In this document: piece after piece, positions 28,767-37,888 of the stretch
Numbering within the stretch: position 1 is the stretch's first letter
How the letters are laid out: every line of letters begins with the position of its first letter
NCBI GenBank assembly: GCA_965276665.1
Contig: OZ255620.1
Span: 2,726,291-2,790,290, forward strand
DNA length: 64,000 nt
Origin: Acetobacteraceae bacterium
Lineage (GTDB): Bacteria > Pseudomonadota > Alphaproteobacteria > Acetobacterales > Acetobacteraceae
Direction of reading: 5' to 3'
Made by a program: the position numbers and the translations under genes
Notes under the pieces: model-generated
Told to the model about the DNA's origin: nothing
The model's database searches: none
Seen by the model: only the letters and a program-made list of their open reading frames with translations

Positions 28767-29035
28767 ATCATCCAAGTGAACGACGATCAGGAAGGCTCTC
28801 TTCCTGACGCGTTCGTGGACATCGTCAACGCATATCTGGCGGCGCCCAAGGTCTGTTCCGTTCGGATGGGGTGGCGCGAGAATCGGCAGCACGCAGACTA
28901 CGCGCGGGCACAGATGAGAATCTTTTGCCCCGCCATGCCGCGTGCGCGCGGGCGTGTCGTACTAATCTCGCACAAATACTACTTCCCGCGGAAGTACAGC
29001 TTCACCTTACTATTACGAACAACGCGCATCGCTAG

Positions 29036-29863
29036 GCTCAGGACCCTTTACGCGGCTTGATGAGGTGTGATTCTGGGGGGTCGGAGGTGGTGCATGTCCG
29101 ACCTTGTTCTGCTGTCGCGGGCGCAGATGCGCCGCATCGAACCGTTCTTTCCCCACTCTCGCGGCTTGCCGCGCGTTGACGACCGACGAGTGATCAGCGG
29201 GATCATCTACGTGATCCGGCACGGCTTGCAGTGGAAGGATGCGCCGCGCGGCTACGGCCCACCCAAGACGCTTTACAACCGGTTCATCCGCTGGAGCCGC
29301 CTCGGCGTGTTCGCCCGTATCTTCGCGGCACTTGCGGGCGCGGCTGACACGCCGGAACGACTAATGATCGACGCCACCCACCTGAAGGCGCACCGGACCG
29401 CCGCGAGCCTGCTCCAAAAGGGGCTCTTTCCCGTTGCCTCGGGCGAACCAAAGGCGGCCTGAACTCCAAGCTGCACGCGGTCTGTGACGGCGAGGGGCGG
29501 CCCCTCCTGCTGCTGCTCACCGAAGGCCAGATGAGTGATCACCGCGGCGCTGCGATGATGCTGCCCGCATTGCCGCCAGCACGCGAACTGCTCGCCGATC
29601 GTGGGTACGACAGCAATCGCTTCCGCGCCGGACTGGCCGCGCGGGGCATAGCCCCGTGCATCCCATCCACCAAAAACCGCAAGGCCCCGCTGCCCTACGA
29701 CAAGCTGCTCTATCGACAGCGCCACCGCATCGAGAACATGTTCGGCCGCCTCAAGGACTGGCGACGTGTGGCGACCCGCTACGACAGATGCGCTCACACC
29801 TTCTTCTCAGCCATCTGCATCGCAGCCGCCGTCACATTCTGGCTCTGATACAGAGTCCTGAGC
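29036..29863 (+). mobile_element. IS5-family (IS427/IS1031-like group) insertion sequence, ~0.83 kb
   Basis: Terminal inverted repeats gctcaggac / gtcctgagc flanked by CTAG on both sides (2-4 bp target duplication); two-frame transposase inside. Confidence 0.85.
29094..29848 (+). CDS. IS5-family transposase, orfA-orfB joined by a probable programmed -1 frameshift near 29414-29421 (ccaaaagg)
   Basis: orfA 29094..29462 (DDRRVISGIIYVIRHGLQWKD); the -1 frame continues KGALSRCLGRTKGGLNSKLHAVCD...ADRGYDS...RHRIENMFGRLKDWRRVATRYD. Confidence 0.85.
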
Positions 29864-30086
29864 CTAGCTTAGATGTTGGGCCTCGAAGGAGCCACAAGAA
29901 TCCTTTAAGCCGCGCGTCTATTCAAAGCACACACTGGTCCTTCTACCCATGCGATACTGTTCTTCCGGATCAAAGAGAGCAAATGCATGCGTTGTGGCTT
30001 GTGGAATTCTTCGAAAGGTGTAACATAGACTTCCGCTCACGGTACGAGCGGCCTGTGCATGACGTGGAGCAACCAGAGTTGCCGCT

Positions 30087-30845
30087 ATGGCCCGGATCGT
30101 AACGCCCCAGGATGTCGAGCACGCCGCGCGCTCGCTTGTTGAGGCGCGGGCGAGCAGTATGGGCATAGAGGTGACTACACCGATCTTGCACGCAAACGGC
30201 GACTTCGTTGAGGTGATCGTTGTTCCCGGCGTTGATGGGTTTGCTGTGCATGACGCAGGGCTCGGTAGCATGCGTCTGTCCGCAGAAGGCATGAGGACGG
30301 GTGGCGATGCCGCAATTCGGATGAGACTTGCGGCAGAGCGGTATGATTGCTTAGTTGAGGGAGGGCGGATCGTTAGGCGTTGCTCCGATGAGGCGGAACT
30401 CGCAGTTTCGATCGCGCTTGTGGCTAATGCGACCAGAACTGTCGGAGACTTTGCGGCCGAGGTTCGGCGCCAGAACGACAGCCAGTTTAGATTCGTACTG
30501 ACGGAGCGCATTCGTGAGATCGCCGGGCCGCGCCTGAGAGAGAACGAGGCCTTCAAGGGCCAAAGCGGGCGCATTTATCGCGTTCCAAATGTCATCCTAG
30601 ACAAACAGCTCTCCCTGCCCCCGGTCTTTGCTGTGCCGGTGGCTTCTCGCAGTTCTGTTCCGTTCCAATTCCGAGAATTGTTTGATCTCAAGGCAGCGTT
30701 CCCCCTTATCAGGAACGATAGCGTTTACAATGATGCTGGGGATTTTCGTCCTGATGAGGACGGGTGGATTCTCGGCCAGGTCGGTGAAGTCACTCCGTTT
30801 TCGGACCTCCCAAAAAGGCTCCCCGAGTTGTTGGAGACGGCATGA
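30087..30845 (+). CDS. Hypothetical two-domain protein (252 aa); layout resembles DUF1828/DUF1829 proteins
   Basis: ORF; start overlaps the upstream restored ORF; N-terminal pattern HANGDFVEVIVV..FAVHDAGLG and C-terminal FKGQSGRIYRVPNVIL recalled from those families (unverified). Confidence 0.65.
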   Translation: MARIVTPQDVEHAARSLVEARASSMGIEVTTPILHANGDFVEVIVVPGVDGFAVHDAGLGSMRLSAEGMRTGGDAAIRMRLAAERYDCLVEGGRIVRRCSDEAELAVSIALVANATRTVGDFAAEVRRQNDSQFRFVLTERIREIAGPRLRENEAFKGQSGRIYRVPNVILDKQLSLPPVFAVPVASRSSVPFQFRELFDLKAAFPLIRNDSVYNDAGDFRPDEDGWILGQVGEVTPFSDLPKRLPELLETA

Positions 30846-31009
30846 CGGATTCGAAGAAGTCGCAACGCGACCGCTTCATCGAAACCGCGCGCCAACTTGG
30901 TGCGGACGAGAACGAAGCCGCGTTCAAGGAGAAGCTGGCGGTGATCGCGCGGCAGAAGCCGAAGGACGCGCCGAAACCGCAGAAACCGCAGGACAAGCGT
31001 GGTGGTTAA
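30842..31009 (+). CDS. Small protein (55 aa), helical N-terminus plus Lys/Pro-rich tail
   Basis: Not in the ORF track (under 60 aa); hand-translated MTDSKKSQRDRFIETARQLGADENEAAFKEKLAVIARQKPKDAPKPQKPQDKRGG; ATGA overlap with the upstream stop. Confidence 0.5.
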   Translation: MTDSKKSQRDRFIETARQLGADENEAAFKEKLAVIARQKPKDAPKPQKPQDKRGG

Positions 31010-31202
31010 GGTCTGGAAAACCGGACAGGGAGACGATTTCACCTGTCCTCATTGTGGAGCGATCTATTCGGTCCACATCACGCGTCTTCCCGTCCGAGAG
31101 CGTGAAACCGAGACATGCGCTGTTTGCAAACGGGTCATGTACGAAGCCAATTCGACGGAGAGCAAGATATTCAGCCTCTCAAAGCGGCCAGACGCACTAT
31201 AG
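30999..31202 (+). CDS. Small zinc-ribbon protein (67 aa)
   Basis: CPHCG ... CAVCK four-Cys motif; GTG start overlaps the preceding sORF by 11 nt. Confidence 0.55.
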   Translation: MVVKVWKTGQGDDFTCPHCGAIYSVHITRLPVRERETETCAVCKRVMYEANSTESKIFSLSKRPDAL

Positions 31203-31271
31203 GACTTCTTGCCTAGGCCGGCGCGTTGTGTTTGCGAAGTGCATAATCTCCTATTTTTAAGGTGCGGAAAA

Positions 31272-31420
31272 GCCCCCCTATGCCCCCCTGTGCACCCTAT
31301 GGTTTTCCGTCCGTGCGCTATACGCAGTGCTTGTGTCCTGTCACCTAAGCGAGGATTCAAATCTTTTTAGATTTTCTAAGGGAAAAAAGCATAGGGGCGC
31401 GTAGGGGGTCATAGGGGGGG
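31272..31420. repeat. Inverted iteron clusters (3 + 3 copies of CCCYRYG-type units) flanking an AT-rich spacer; candidate island replication origin
   Basis: gcccccctatgcccccctgtgcaccctatgg (31272-31302) versus cataggggcgcgtagggggtcatagggggg (31390-31420); spacer contains aaatctttttagattttctaagggaaaaaag. Confidence 0.55.
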
Positions 31421-31437
31421 AGGCAAAGCCGGTGCCC

Positions 31438-34135
31438 TTACGACCGCGCGAGGAAATACGAAGCGACCGCCCACTTGCCGCCGCCTTTCGATTTTACCAG
31501 CACCCAGCCGCCGGCGTGAGTTCCCACCAACGCCGCGAGCCTCGCCACCAACGCCTGCCTGTTGCTGCCGTCCCAACTAAACTGGACAACGACATCATCG
31601 TGCAGGTCGGCCGCCTTCACGGGGGCAACGCCATGGTGAGCGTGCCAACACGCGAAGGCTTCCGCGATCCGAGCACGCACCGGATCATTGCTCTTTGCTT
31701 CTTGGACTCTGTCGACCGGATCCCGGCAGCCGAGCGCCAGCAGGGGGTCCCGGACCCACTCCGCCCATGCTTCGTATGAGCCAAGCGGCCTGCCCTTTGG
31801 CAGATGCGACTGTCGGCCCCACCTCCAAATCGTCAGAAGCGCCGACAGCAGATCTTCGCGGCGAGGCAGCAGCGATTGCACGAAGTTTGGTGCGAACGGC
31901 CGGTTTTCGGGGTCGGGCGTGCGCGCGTCGAGTGCGCAGTGCACGAAGCGTCTCGCGAGGTCTTCCGACACGCTAAGGCCATTCCCGGTGATGGCGACGA
32001 AGGCCGTCGAGTTGAGGCGCGCCATCTCGCTCCGACCGAGGAGGCGCACCTTCGCGGGGTTTTCAGTGAGCACGGACGCCAGGGCGTCACTGCGCAACTG
32101 CCTGCCATTCACGTTAATCGAGGAAGACCGCAGGCTCAGCCTCTAGCAGGGCGGCGACAATGCGCTTTTCCAGCTCGGCAAGATCGGCGCCGGCCGTAAA
32201 TGCCTGCGGCGATCGTCCGAAGGCGACGGCGCAGATGGCGCGTACGAGCAAGCCTTTCCCAACGGACGACCCTGAAATTTCGGGGGCGTGCACGAGAAAG
32301 CCCGGCGCCAGATCGATGCTCGGCCGCACCACCGCGGTGAGAAGACCGCAGAGCAAGGCGCTCTCGTCCTGGCCAGGGTCCACCCGCACGTCGGTCACGT
32401 CCACACCTAACGTCGCCTCGTGCACGCGCTCGGCATCGGCGACGGCGAACGTGCGGAAGGCATGGCGAATGGAATGGAGCGCGATCAGCGCGTCTCCTTC
32501 GTCTGGCCGATCGGGCACTTGGACCGACACGCCGGACGCGCACCACAATTTGGTTATTGGGTCATAACCGCAGGCGTGTCGAATGGAACCGTCATCTGCC
32601 AGCAGCGGACCGAGGGCGAAGCCGTGCAGAGCGGGGAGGTGCCAGTCGCCGCGCATCGCTAGATATAATTTCGCCACGCGATCCGGCAGCGTCGTGCTCT
32701 TCGGGCCGTCCTTCCCGATCGCCATCGGACGACAAATCCGGTGCGCCTCTATTACGGCGCGGTCGGCCCCAAGATGGTGCACCTCCGGAAAGCCGTCGGC
32801 GTTCCGGACGACAACCACCGGTTTGTCGCGCTCAAACAAGTTGCCGGCCGCGGCCAAAGCATCTCGCGGGCGCTCCGCAGTTTCGGGGAGGTCTCCGTTG
32901 TCGACGATCAAGTCCGGCCGCGCATGCCGCTTGCGCAACTCCGGCGGCATCGGCTCGACCGTGTCGGCGAACTCTTCCTGCGCCTCCGCCATTCGGATTT
33001 CACGAACCGCGCGCAGATAGTGGCCCGTGTCGGCTCCGGCCTCCTCGGCCCACTCGAGGATGTCCGCTGTGCCGACAAAAAAAGGCGGCGCAAGCGAATT
33101 AAAAGTTCGCTCTGCCTCGGTCGAATCGCCGCCGCGGTGATACCTGCCGTCGAACTCGATGTAGAGTTCGCGAGCCATCTCGAGGTGCTGGGGCAGCGCT
33201 GCTTTAAGTGCGCACCCGATCTTTACGTACCCGCTGTCCCGCTCATCAAAACGGCCGTCGTTCTGGATTTGGCGGAACAGGTCGGCGAGCGCGTCAGGAG
33301 CGACAGCAGCAAGGAAGCGCTGATCCGGCGCGCCGTCAGGGAAGGACAGAACGGCTGCGCCACGCACCTTCTCCGTCGCGGTTCGCTGCGGAGTCGAGCG
33401 CTCTACGACTTCGGCAATGCGTGGCGGCACAGTCACTTCCGCTTCGCCTGGTAGTTCGACGAACCGCGCCGGGCAGGGGTCTTCGACGCCGTTCAGGGCT
33501 GGGGCCGCCGTGTAGATCGGCGTCACATCGTTGAAGAGAGAGTGGTCTACGGGGGAGTCAACGAACCACTCTCTCAACGCCTCGCGGCCAAGCGGAACGT
33601 TCATCCAAAACCAGAACCGCAGTCGGGCACCATCCTTGAAACCATGGGAACCGGACGCGCTGACGAAGCATCGCGCCGCGCGGAACTCTGCCGGAAGCAG
33701 CGGTAGAACTACCTTGCCGCATGCTGCCACGTCGGCCCGGTCGGTCCCGGCGGGCAGTGCGACGCCGTCCAGATCTATGGCGACCCAGCGGTGCGGGGCC
33801 GGCTCGAGCGTCGGCGCATTCCCGTCCTTTTGGTGCAAAAGGCGTCTCGCATTCTCGGCTCGCTCCGCGCCGATGAGCTTCCCGCGCACGACCATGACAT
33901 GCCGACGAGACTGCAGCTTCTCGAGCAGGCGCCCGAGATCGTCGAAGCTCTTTAGCGGGCGGGTGGCGATCGTGAAGAAGGTCGCCGAATCGTAGCCCTT
34001 TACGCCTTCGGGCGAGACGCGCTTTGCAAGGACCTTGCCCTCCGTAGAGGCGAGCAGCGTGATGAAGTCGCCGGCCCGCTCCGGCGCCGGCGAAGTCGCG
34101 CAGGGATCGGCAGTTGCTTCGGTCGCGGCGGACAT
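31438..34135 (-). pseudogene. Primase-helicase-like replication protein (P4-alpha/VirE-like P-loop NTPase) split by a frameshift at ~32112
   Basis: ORFs 32114..34213 and 31438..32112 abut; ...EPAVFLD-stop then (I)NVNGRQL in the adjacent frame; deleting one T restores FLDNVNG (Walker B-like); GSSVGKG P-loop upstream. Confidence 0.7.
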
Positions 34136-34139
34136 CGAA

Positions 34140-34382
34140 TCAGCTCTCGTGTCCGGCGAGCAATGCGCGAACCGAAGCCATCTCGACCAGGGCGCGCTTG
34201 CCCACTTTCGCAAATCGGACGCGACCTTCCGCTCGGAGGACGTAGAGGTGGGACCGCGAAAGGCCGAAGTGGCTGCACGCGTCCGGCACGGCCGCGAATT
34301 CAGCGTGCGCGAGCGCCGCGGGATCGGGCTTGCGGCGCTCGCGGCGCGTGCGGTGGTCGGCGGTAGTCTGGGTGGTGGACAT
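34140..34382 (-). CDS. AlpA/excisionase-type HTH transcriptional regulator
   Basis: 80 aa; FGLSRSHLYVLRAEGRVRFAKVGKRALV motif; directly upstream of the replication gene. Confidence 0.8.
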   Translation of the reverse strand: MSTTQTTADHRTRRERRKPDPAALAHAEFAAVPDACSHFGLSRSHLYVLRAEGRVRFAKVGKRALVEMASVRALLAGHES

Positions 34383-34501
34383 GACGGGAAACCTCGGGTC
34401 GTTGCTGGACCCAGAAAGGCAAATTTTCTAACTCACAAAAACGTTCGTCTGCGATTTCGGCCGAACTTTATTTCTTCGCGTGGGGATTGATTGTGAGTTA
34501 A

Positions 34502-34969
34502 TCACATGATCTCGCGCGCGTTCGCATCGGCTACGAGAACACGCCCTCGCCGCGGCTTCGCTTCGGGTGGAATCCGAAACTGCTGATCGCAGACGACACA
34601 ATTCAACAAATTCACGAAGGCGGATGGATGTAGCGGCACCCGGAAACCGAAGTCCCTCATTAGGAGGGAGAGGCGCCAATCGTCAGTCAGCGTGGTGCCA
34701 GACACTGCCCAATAAACAAAACTGCCGTCGCGGTGGTCGCGCCACTGCAGGAGGAGCCCGACGCGCCCACCGCGCTCGTCTACGAGCTCGCCGACAACAT
34801 CCAGCGCGTCGGCGATTCGCTCGGGCGGGGGTTGCCACCACAACCCCTCAGCGGCAGCGCAATAGAACTCGGCGGCCAGCGGGGCTGGCGGGGTGATGCG
34901 GCTCGAGACGGGGCGCCCTTCTATTAGCGTGCCGATCTCGTCGACGGGGAAAGTGAGAATGTGCGTCAT
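34502..34969 (-). CDS. Hypothetical protein (155 aa)
   Basis: ORF only; no family recognised. Confidence 0.5.
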   Translation of the reverse strand: MTHILTFPVDEIGTLIEGRPVSSRITPPAPLAAEFYCAAAEGLWWQPPPERIADALDVVGELVDERGGRVGLLLQWRDHRDGSFVYWAVSGTTLTDDWRLSLLMRDFGFRVPLHPSAFVNLLNCVVCDQQFRIPPEAKPRRGRVLVADANAREIM

Positions 34970-35097
34970 GGGAACTCCTAATGTGGAGCCCGCAACTTGC
35001 GCTTACTGTGCGATCGGAAACCTGCTAGAAGGAATTTCCAACGTCCCTTCATGCTGCTTTTCGAAACCGCCCGTGGCGCCCGCTACGGGCGGTTCGT

Positions 35098-35334
35098 TTA
35101 CGCGGTCGGCAAGGTGGCGAAGTACGTGGCGAATGCAGTTGCGTCGACCAGCACGCGTCGCCCGATCCGGCGAGCGAGCAGACGACCGGCGGCGATTTCG
35201 CGGCGGATAGATTTTGGTGAGACGCCGGCGCGCCGGGCGGCAGCGGTGACCGAAATGCCGAGTGCGTCAGGCGCGGCGGTAAGCGATGGTGCGGCGGTCG
35301 CGGGCATGGGGCCTCGCAGGGCTAGAGGGGACAT
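35098..35334 (-). CDS. Excisionase-family HTH DNA-binding protein
   Basis: ISVTAAARRAGVSPKSIRREIAAGRLLARRIGRRVLV pattern typical of the excisionase/MerR-like HTH_17 family. Confidence 0.7.
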   Translation of the reverse strand: MSPLALRGPMPATAAPSLTAAPDALGISVTAAARRAGVSPKSIRREIAAGRLLARRIGRRVLVDATAFATYFATLPTA

Positions 35335-35386
35335 GACGATCCCCGAATAGCCGCACGTTCCCGCTGGCCCTATAGCGCGCTCCGGC

Positions 35387-35674
35387 TCACCACCGCGCGG
35401 GCGGATCCGCCCGCAACGTCCCTGCGGCCCGATCGTCGGGGCTGCGCATCGCCGGCTCGGCCGGTGCAGTCCGGGCCGGCGGGCGCGCGCCTCCGTCTGA
35501 CGGCGCCATGGCGGCGAGCACGATGCCGAGGCTGAGTATCGCGAGGATCATGATCCCATGCAGGCCGAGGAGCCAAAGAAAGAACACCGCGCCCAGCGCG
35601 ATCGCCGAGACGACCCTGTTCAGGGTGGCAAGGGCGGCTGGCAGGAGTGCCAGAAACACGATCGGGGCGAGCAT
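35387..35674 (-). CDS. Small membrane protein (95 aa, ~2 TM)
   Basis: Hydrophobic N-terminal 55 residues; ORF only. Confidence 0.45.
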   Translation of the reverse strand: MLAPIVFLALLPAALATLNRVVSAIALGAVFFLWLLGLHGIMILAILSLGIVLAAMAPSDGGARPPARTAPAEPAMRSPDDRAAGTLRADPPARW

Positions 35675-35813
35675 CGCCTAAACCTTTGAAAAATTCTGCA
35701 AAATTTCGCGCGATGGCTGCGCTGGTCGCAGCCGGGTAGCCCCGCTTCCTCCCCACCCCCGGCACCCCCATTGGGGTGATCTTCCTTTACAGAAGACCAC
35801 CCCAATGGGCTTA

Positions 35814-36287
35814 CTATGCCAATCGCATCTGCTCGATCATGCGCGCGCTCTCGACCTGTTCGGCAGCGACTATCTCGGCGATCTCGCTCGTCCTGCGCGT
35901 GTGCGCCTCGCCGAAGGCCGCAAAAGACTGCATATCAAAGGCCAAAATCCGTTGTGCGAGGTGCACCGCGAAAATGCACTGCATGCGTTCCGGGGCTACA
36001 GCATTGATAATAGGCTGCACTGTGGCCAGCCGGGCGGTGTCAAGATCCGAGAGGGGGCTGTCGCGTAGGACGGGTTCGCTGAGGACGCGCTCCGTGGCCT
36101 TCTGCATGAGGGCCAAGATGGCGCCGGCCCCTTTGTCTCCTGCACACAGCAGCGCCTGCAGCCGGGCGTGCTGTGTGCGCATGAGGTTGACGTAGGCAGG
36201 CACATCAACCGGGACTCGAAGTGCCCCAGCGTCGATCGTGGACACTGGCGGCGCTAATACTGTATTGGTGGTATCGCCTTCAGGCAT
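35814..36287 (-). CDS. Hypothetical protein (157 aa)
   Basis: ORF only; no family recognised. Confidence 0.5.
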   Translation of the reverse strand: MPEGDTTNTVLAPPVSTIDAGALRVPVDVPAYVNLMRTQHARLQALLCAGDKGAGAILALMQKATERVLSEPVLRDSPLSDLDTARLATVQPIINAVAPERMQCIFAVHLAQRILAFDMQSFAAFGEAHTRRTSEIAEIVAAEQVESARMIEQMRLA

Positions 36288-36490
36288 GTTCGGGTCCTCT
36301 TATCCGTGGCAACGTGCCGGATGGCACGGCGCAGCCCAGTGATTCGCCCACTGGGTTGCGCCAATTATTGCACAAAACGATCAAGACATCAAGCTATTAC
36401 TGTATTGACCATTGGCTAGATTAGAGACATTTGCGCTCATCGAAACTTATATATGATTGGACTGCAGCATATTGCTCGTGGCTGCATCCT

Positions 36491-37735
36491 TTAGCTTACC
36501 TCGCGGCGGATCGTCGTGACGTTGTCGGCGGCGGCAGCGTCTGGCGCTGGACGCCTGCAGAACACGGCCCATTCGGCCATGAGTCGGCGGCGCCGCTCGA
36601 ACAAGTCGGATCGCCGGTAGGCCGCCTCCACCTGATCGGCGATGGTGTGCGCGAGGGCCGCTTCAGCCACTTCGCGCGAGTAGGCGGTGGTGTCGGCGAC
36701 CCAATCGCGAAAGGTGCTGCGGAAACCATGCACGGTTATGCTGTCGCGCTCCATCCGGCGAAGCACTGCCGACATCGCCATGTCACTGAAGGGCTTCCCG
36801 GCGCGCGTGCTCGGGAAGATCCAATCACCGCGCTTCATGTCGCGTAGTGGGGCCACGGCGCGCAGCACCTCGCACGCTGCGTCGGACAGCGGGACACGAT
36901 GCCCGATGCCGGCCTTCATGCGCTCGCCGGGCACGGTCCATACGGCCTTGACGAAGTCGATTTCGCCCCAGGTCGCGCCGATCACCTCTCCGGTCCTGGC
37001 AGCGGTCAGCACGGTGAACTGCAGGGCCATTGCAGCAATCCCGCCGTGCTTCCGGAGCTCGGCCATAAACGCGCCAACGTCCGCCCAGGGCAGGGCCGGA
37101 TGATGAGCCACGCGGACTAGGCGGGAAGGGCGGGCCAATAAGTTGGACAAATGACCGCGCCACCGCGCGGGGTTTTCGCCGTCACGCCATCCGCGCGCCT
37201 TCGCGAAGTCCAAGACGAGCTCGATACGGCCGCGCAGCCGCGAGGCGGTTTCCGTCTTCGTCGCCCACATCGGTTCCAGGACGCTCGTGACATCTCCGGT
37301 GGTGATCGCGGCAACCGCCTTGTCGCCGAACACGGCGTTGGCGAGGGCGAGTGTCTGGCGCCACTGGTAGCGGTGTTTGGCATTGCGCCAGCTCGGCTCG
37401 TGGGCCGCAATGTATAAGTCGGCCACCTCGCGAAAAGTCCTCCCGATCTTCGCACCAGCCGCTGCCTCGCCCTCTTGGGCGCGGCGCCGCTCGAGCGGGT
37501 CAATGCCTTGCCGCAGAAGTTTCCGGCACTCGCCTGCCGCCTCCCTGGCCTCTGCCAATGAGAGTTGCTCGGTGCTTCCCAGACCCATGAGGCGCGCCTT
37601 GCCGTCGATGACGAACCGGAAGAGCCAAGACTTCGCCTCGGGCCCGCGCACCTGCAGCAGGAGATTGCCGCCGTCACTGTATCGGCCTGGCTTCGCCAGC
37701 TTCTCGACCTTAAGCGCGGTGAGCTTCGTGGCCAT
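36491..37735 (-). CDS. Tyrosine recombinase, P4-type integrase (DUF4102 arm-binding N-terminus)
   Basis: LTALKVEKLAKPGRYSDGGNLLLQV N-terminus; catalytic region TAARTGE...HGFRSTFRDW...LAH...Y. Confidence 0.95.
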   Translation of the reverse strand: MATKLTALKVEKLAKPGRYSDGGNLLLQVRGPEAKSWLFRFVIDGKARLMGLGSTEQLSLAEAREAAGECRKLLRQGIDPLERRRAQEGEAAAGAKIGRTFREVADLYIAAHEPSWRNAKHRYQWRQTLALANAVFGDKAVAAITTGDVTSVLEPMWATKTETASRLRGRIELVLDFAKARGWRDGENPARWRGHLSNLLARPSRLVRVAHHPALPWADVGAFMAELRKHGGIAAMALQFTVLTAARTGEVIGATWGEIDFVKAVWTVPGERMKAGIGHRVPLSDAACEVLRAVAPLRDMKRGDWIFPSTRAGKPFSDMAMSAVLRRMERDSITVHGFRSTFRDWVADTTAYSREVAEAALAHTIADQVEAAYRRSDLFERRRRLMAEWAVFCRRPAPDAAAADNVTTIRREVS

Positions 37736-37748
37736 CCATCCAAATCCA

Positions 37749-37769
37749 GCATACGTTCTGGCATACGTT
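37749..37769 (+). repeat. Tandem GCATACGTT x2, candidate integrase arm-type site (attR / int promoter side)
   Basis: gcatacgttctggcatacgtt, 14 nt upstream of the integrase start; matches 26066..26086. Confidence 0.55.
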
Positions 37770-37888
37770 TACACGATGGATTGGGCTGCACAAGTCGAAA
37801 CGAAGCTGGACGGCTACTTCGATATTATCAGTGTCTATAAGGGGATTTCTGGACACAGCCGAACAAGCCTGGATGACCGTTTGGCGGA

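Larger units (their letters stand above)
28776..30102 (+). pseudogene. Unknown ORF (~165 aa when restored) interrupted by the IS5-family element
   Basis: Removing 29036-29863 plus one CTAG joins 28776..29035 in frame to 29868..30102 with no stop codon; the restored stop overlaps the start of the next gene by 16 nt. Confidence 0.4.
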
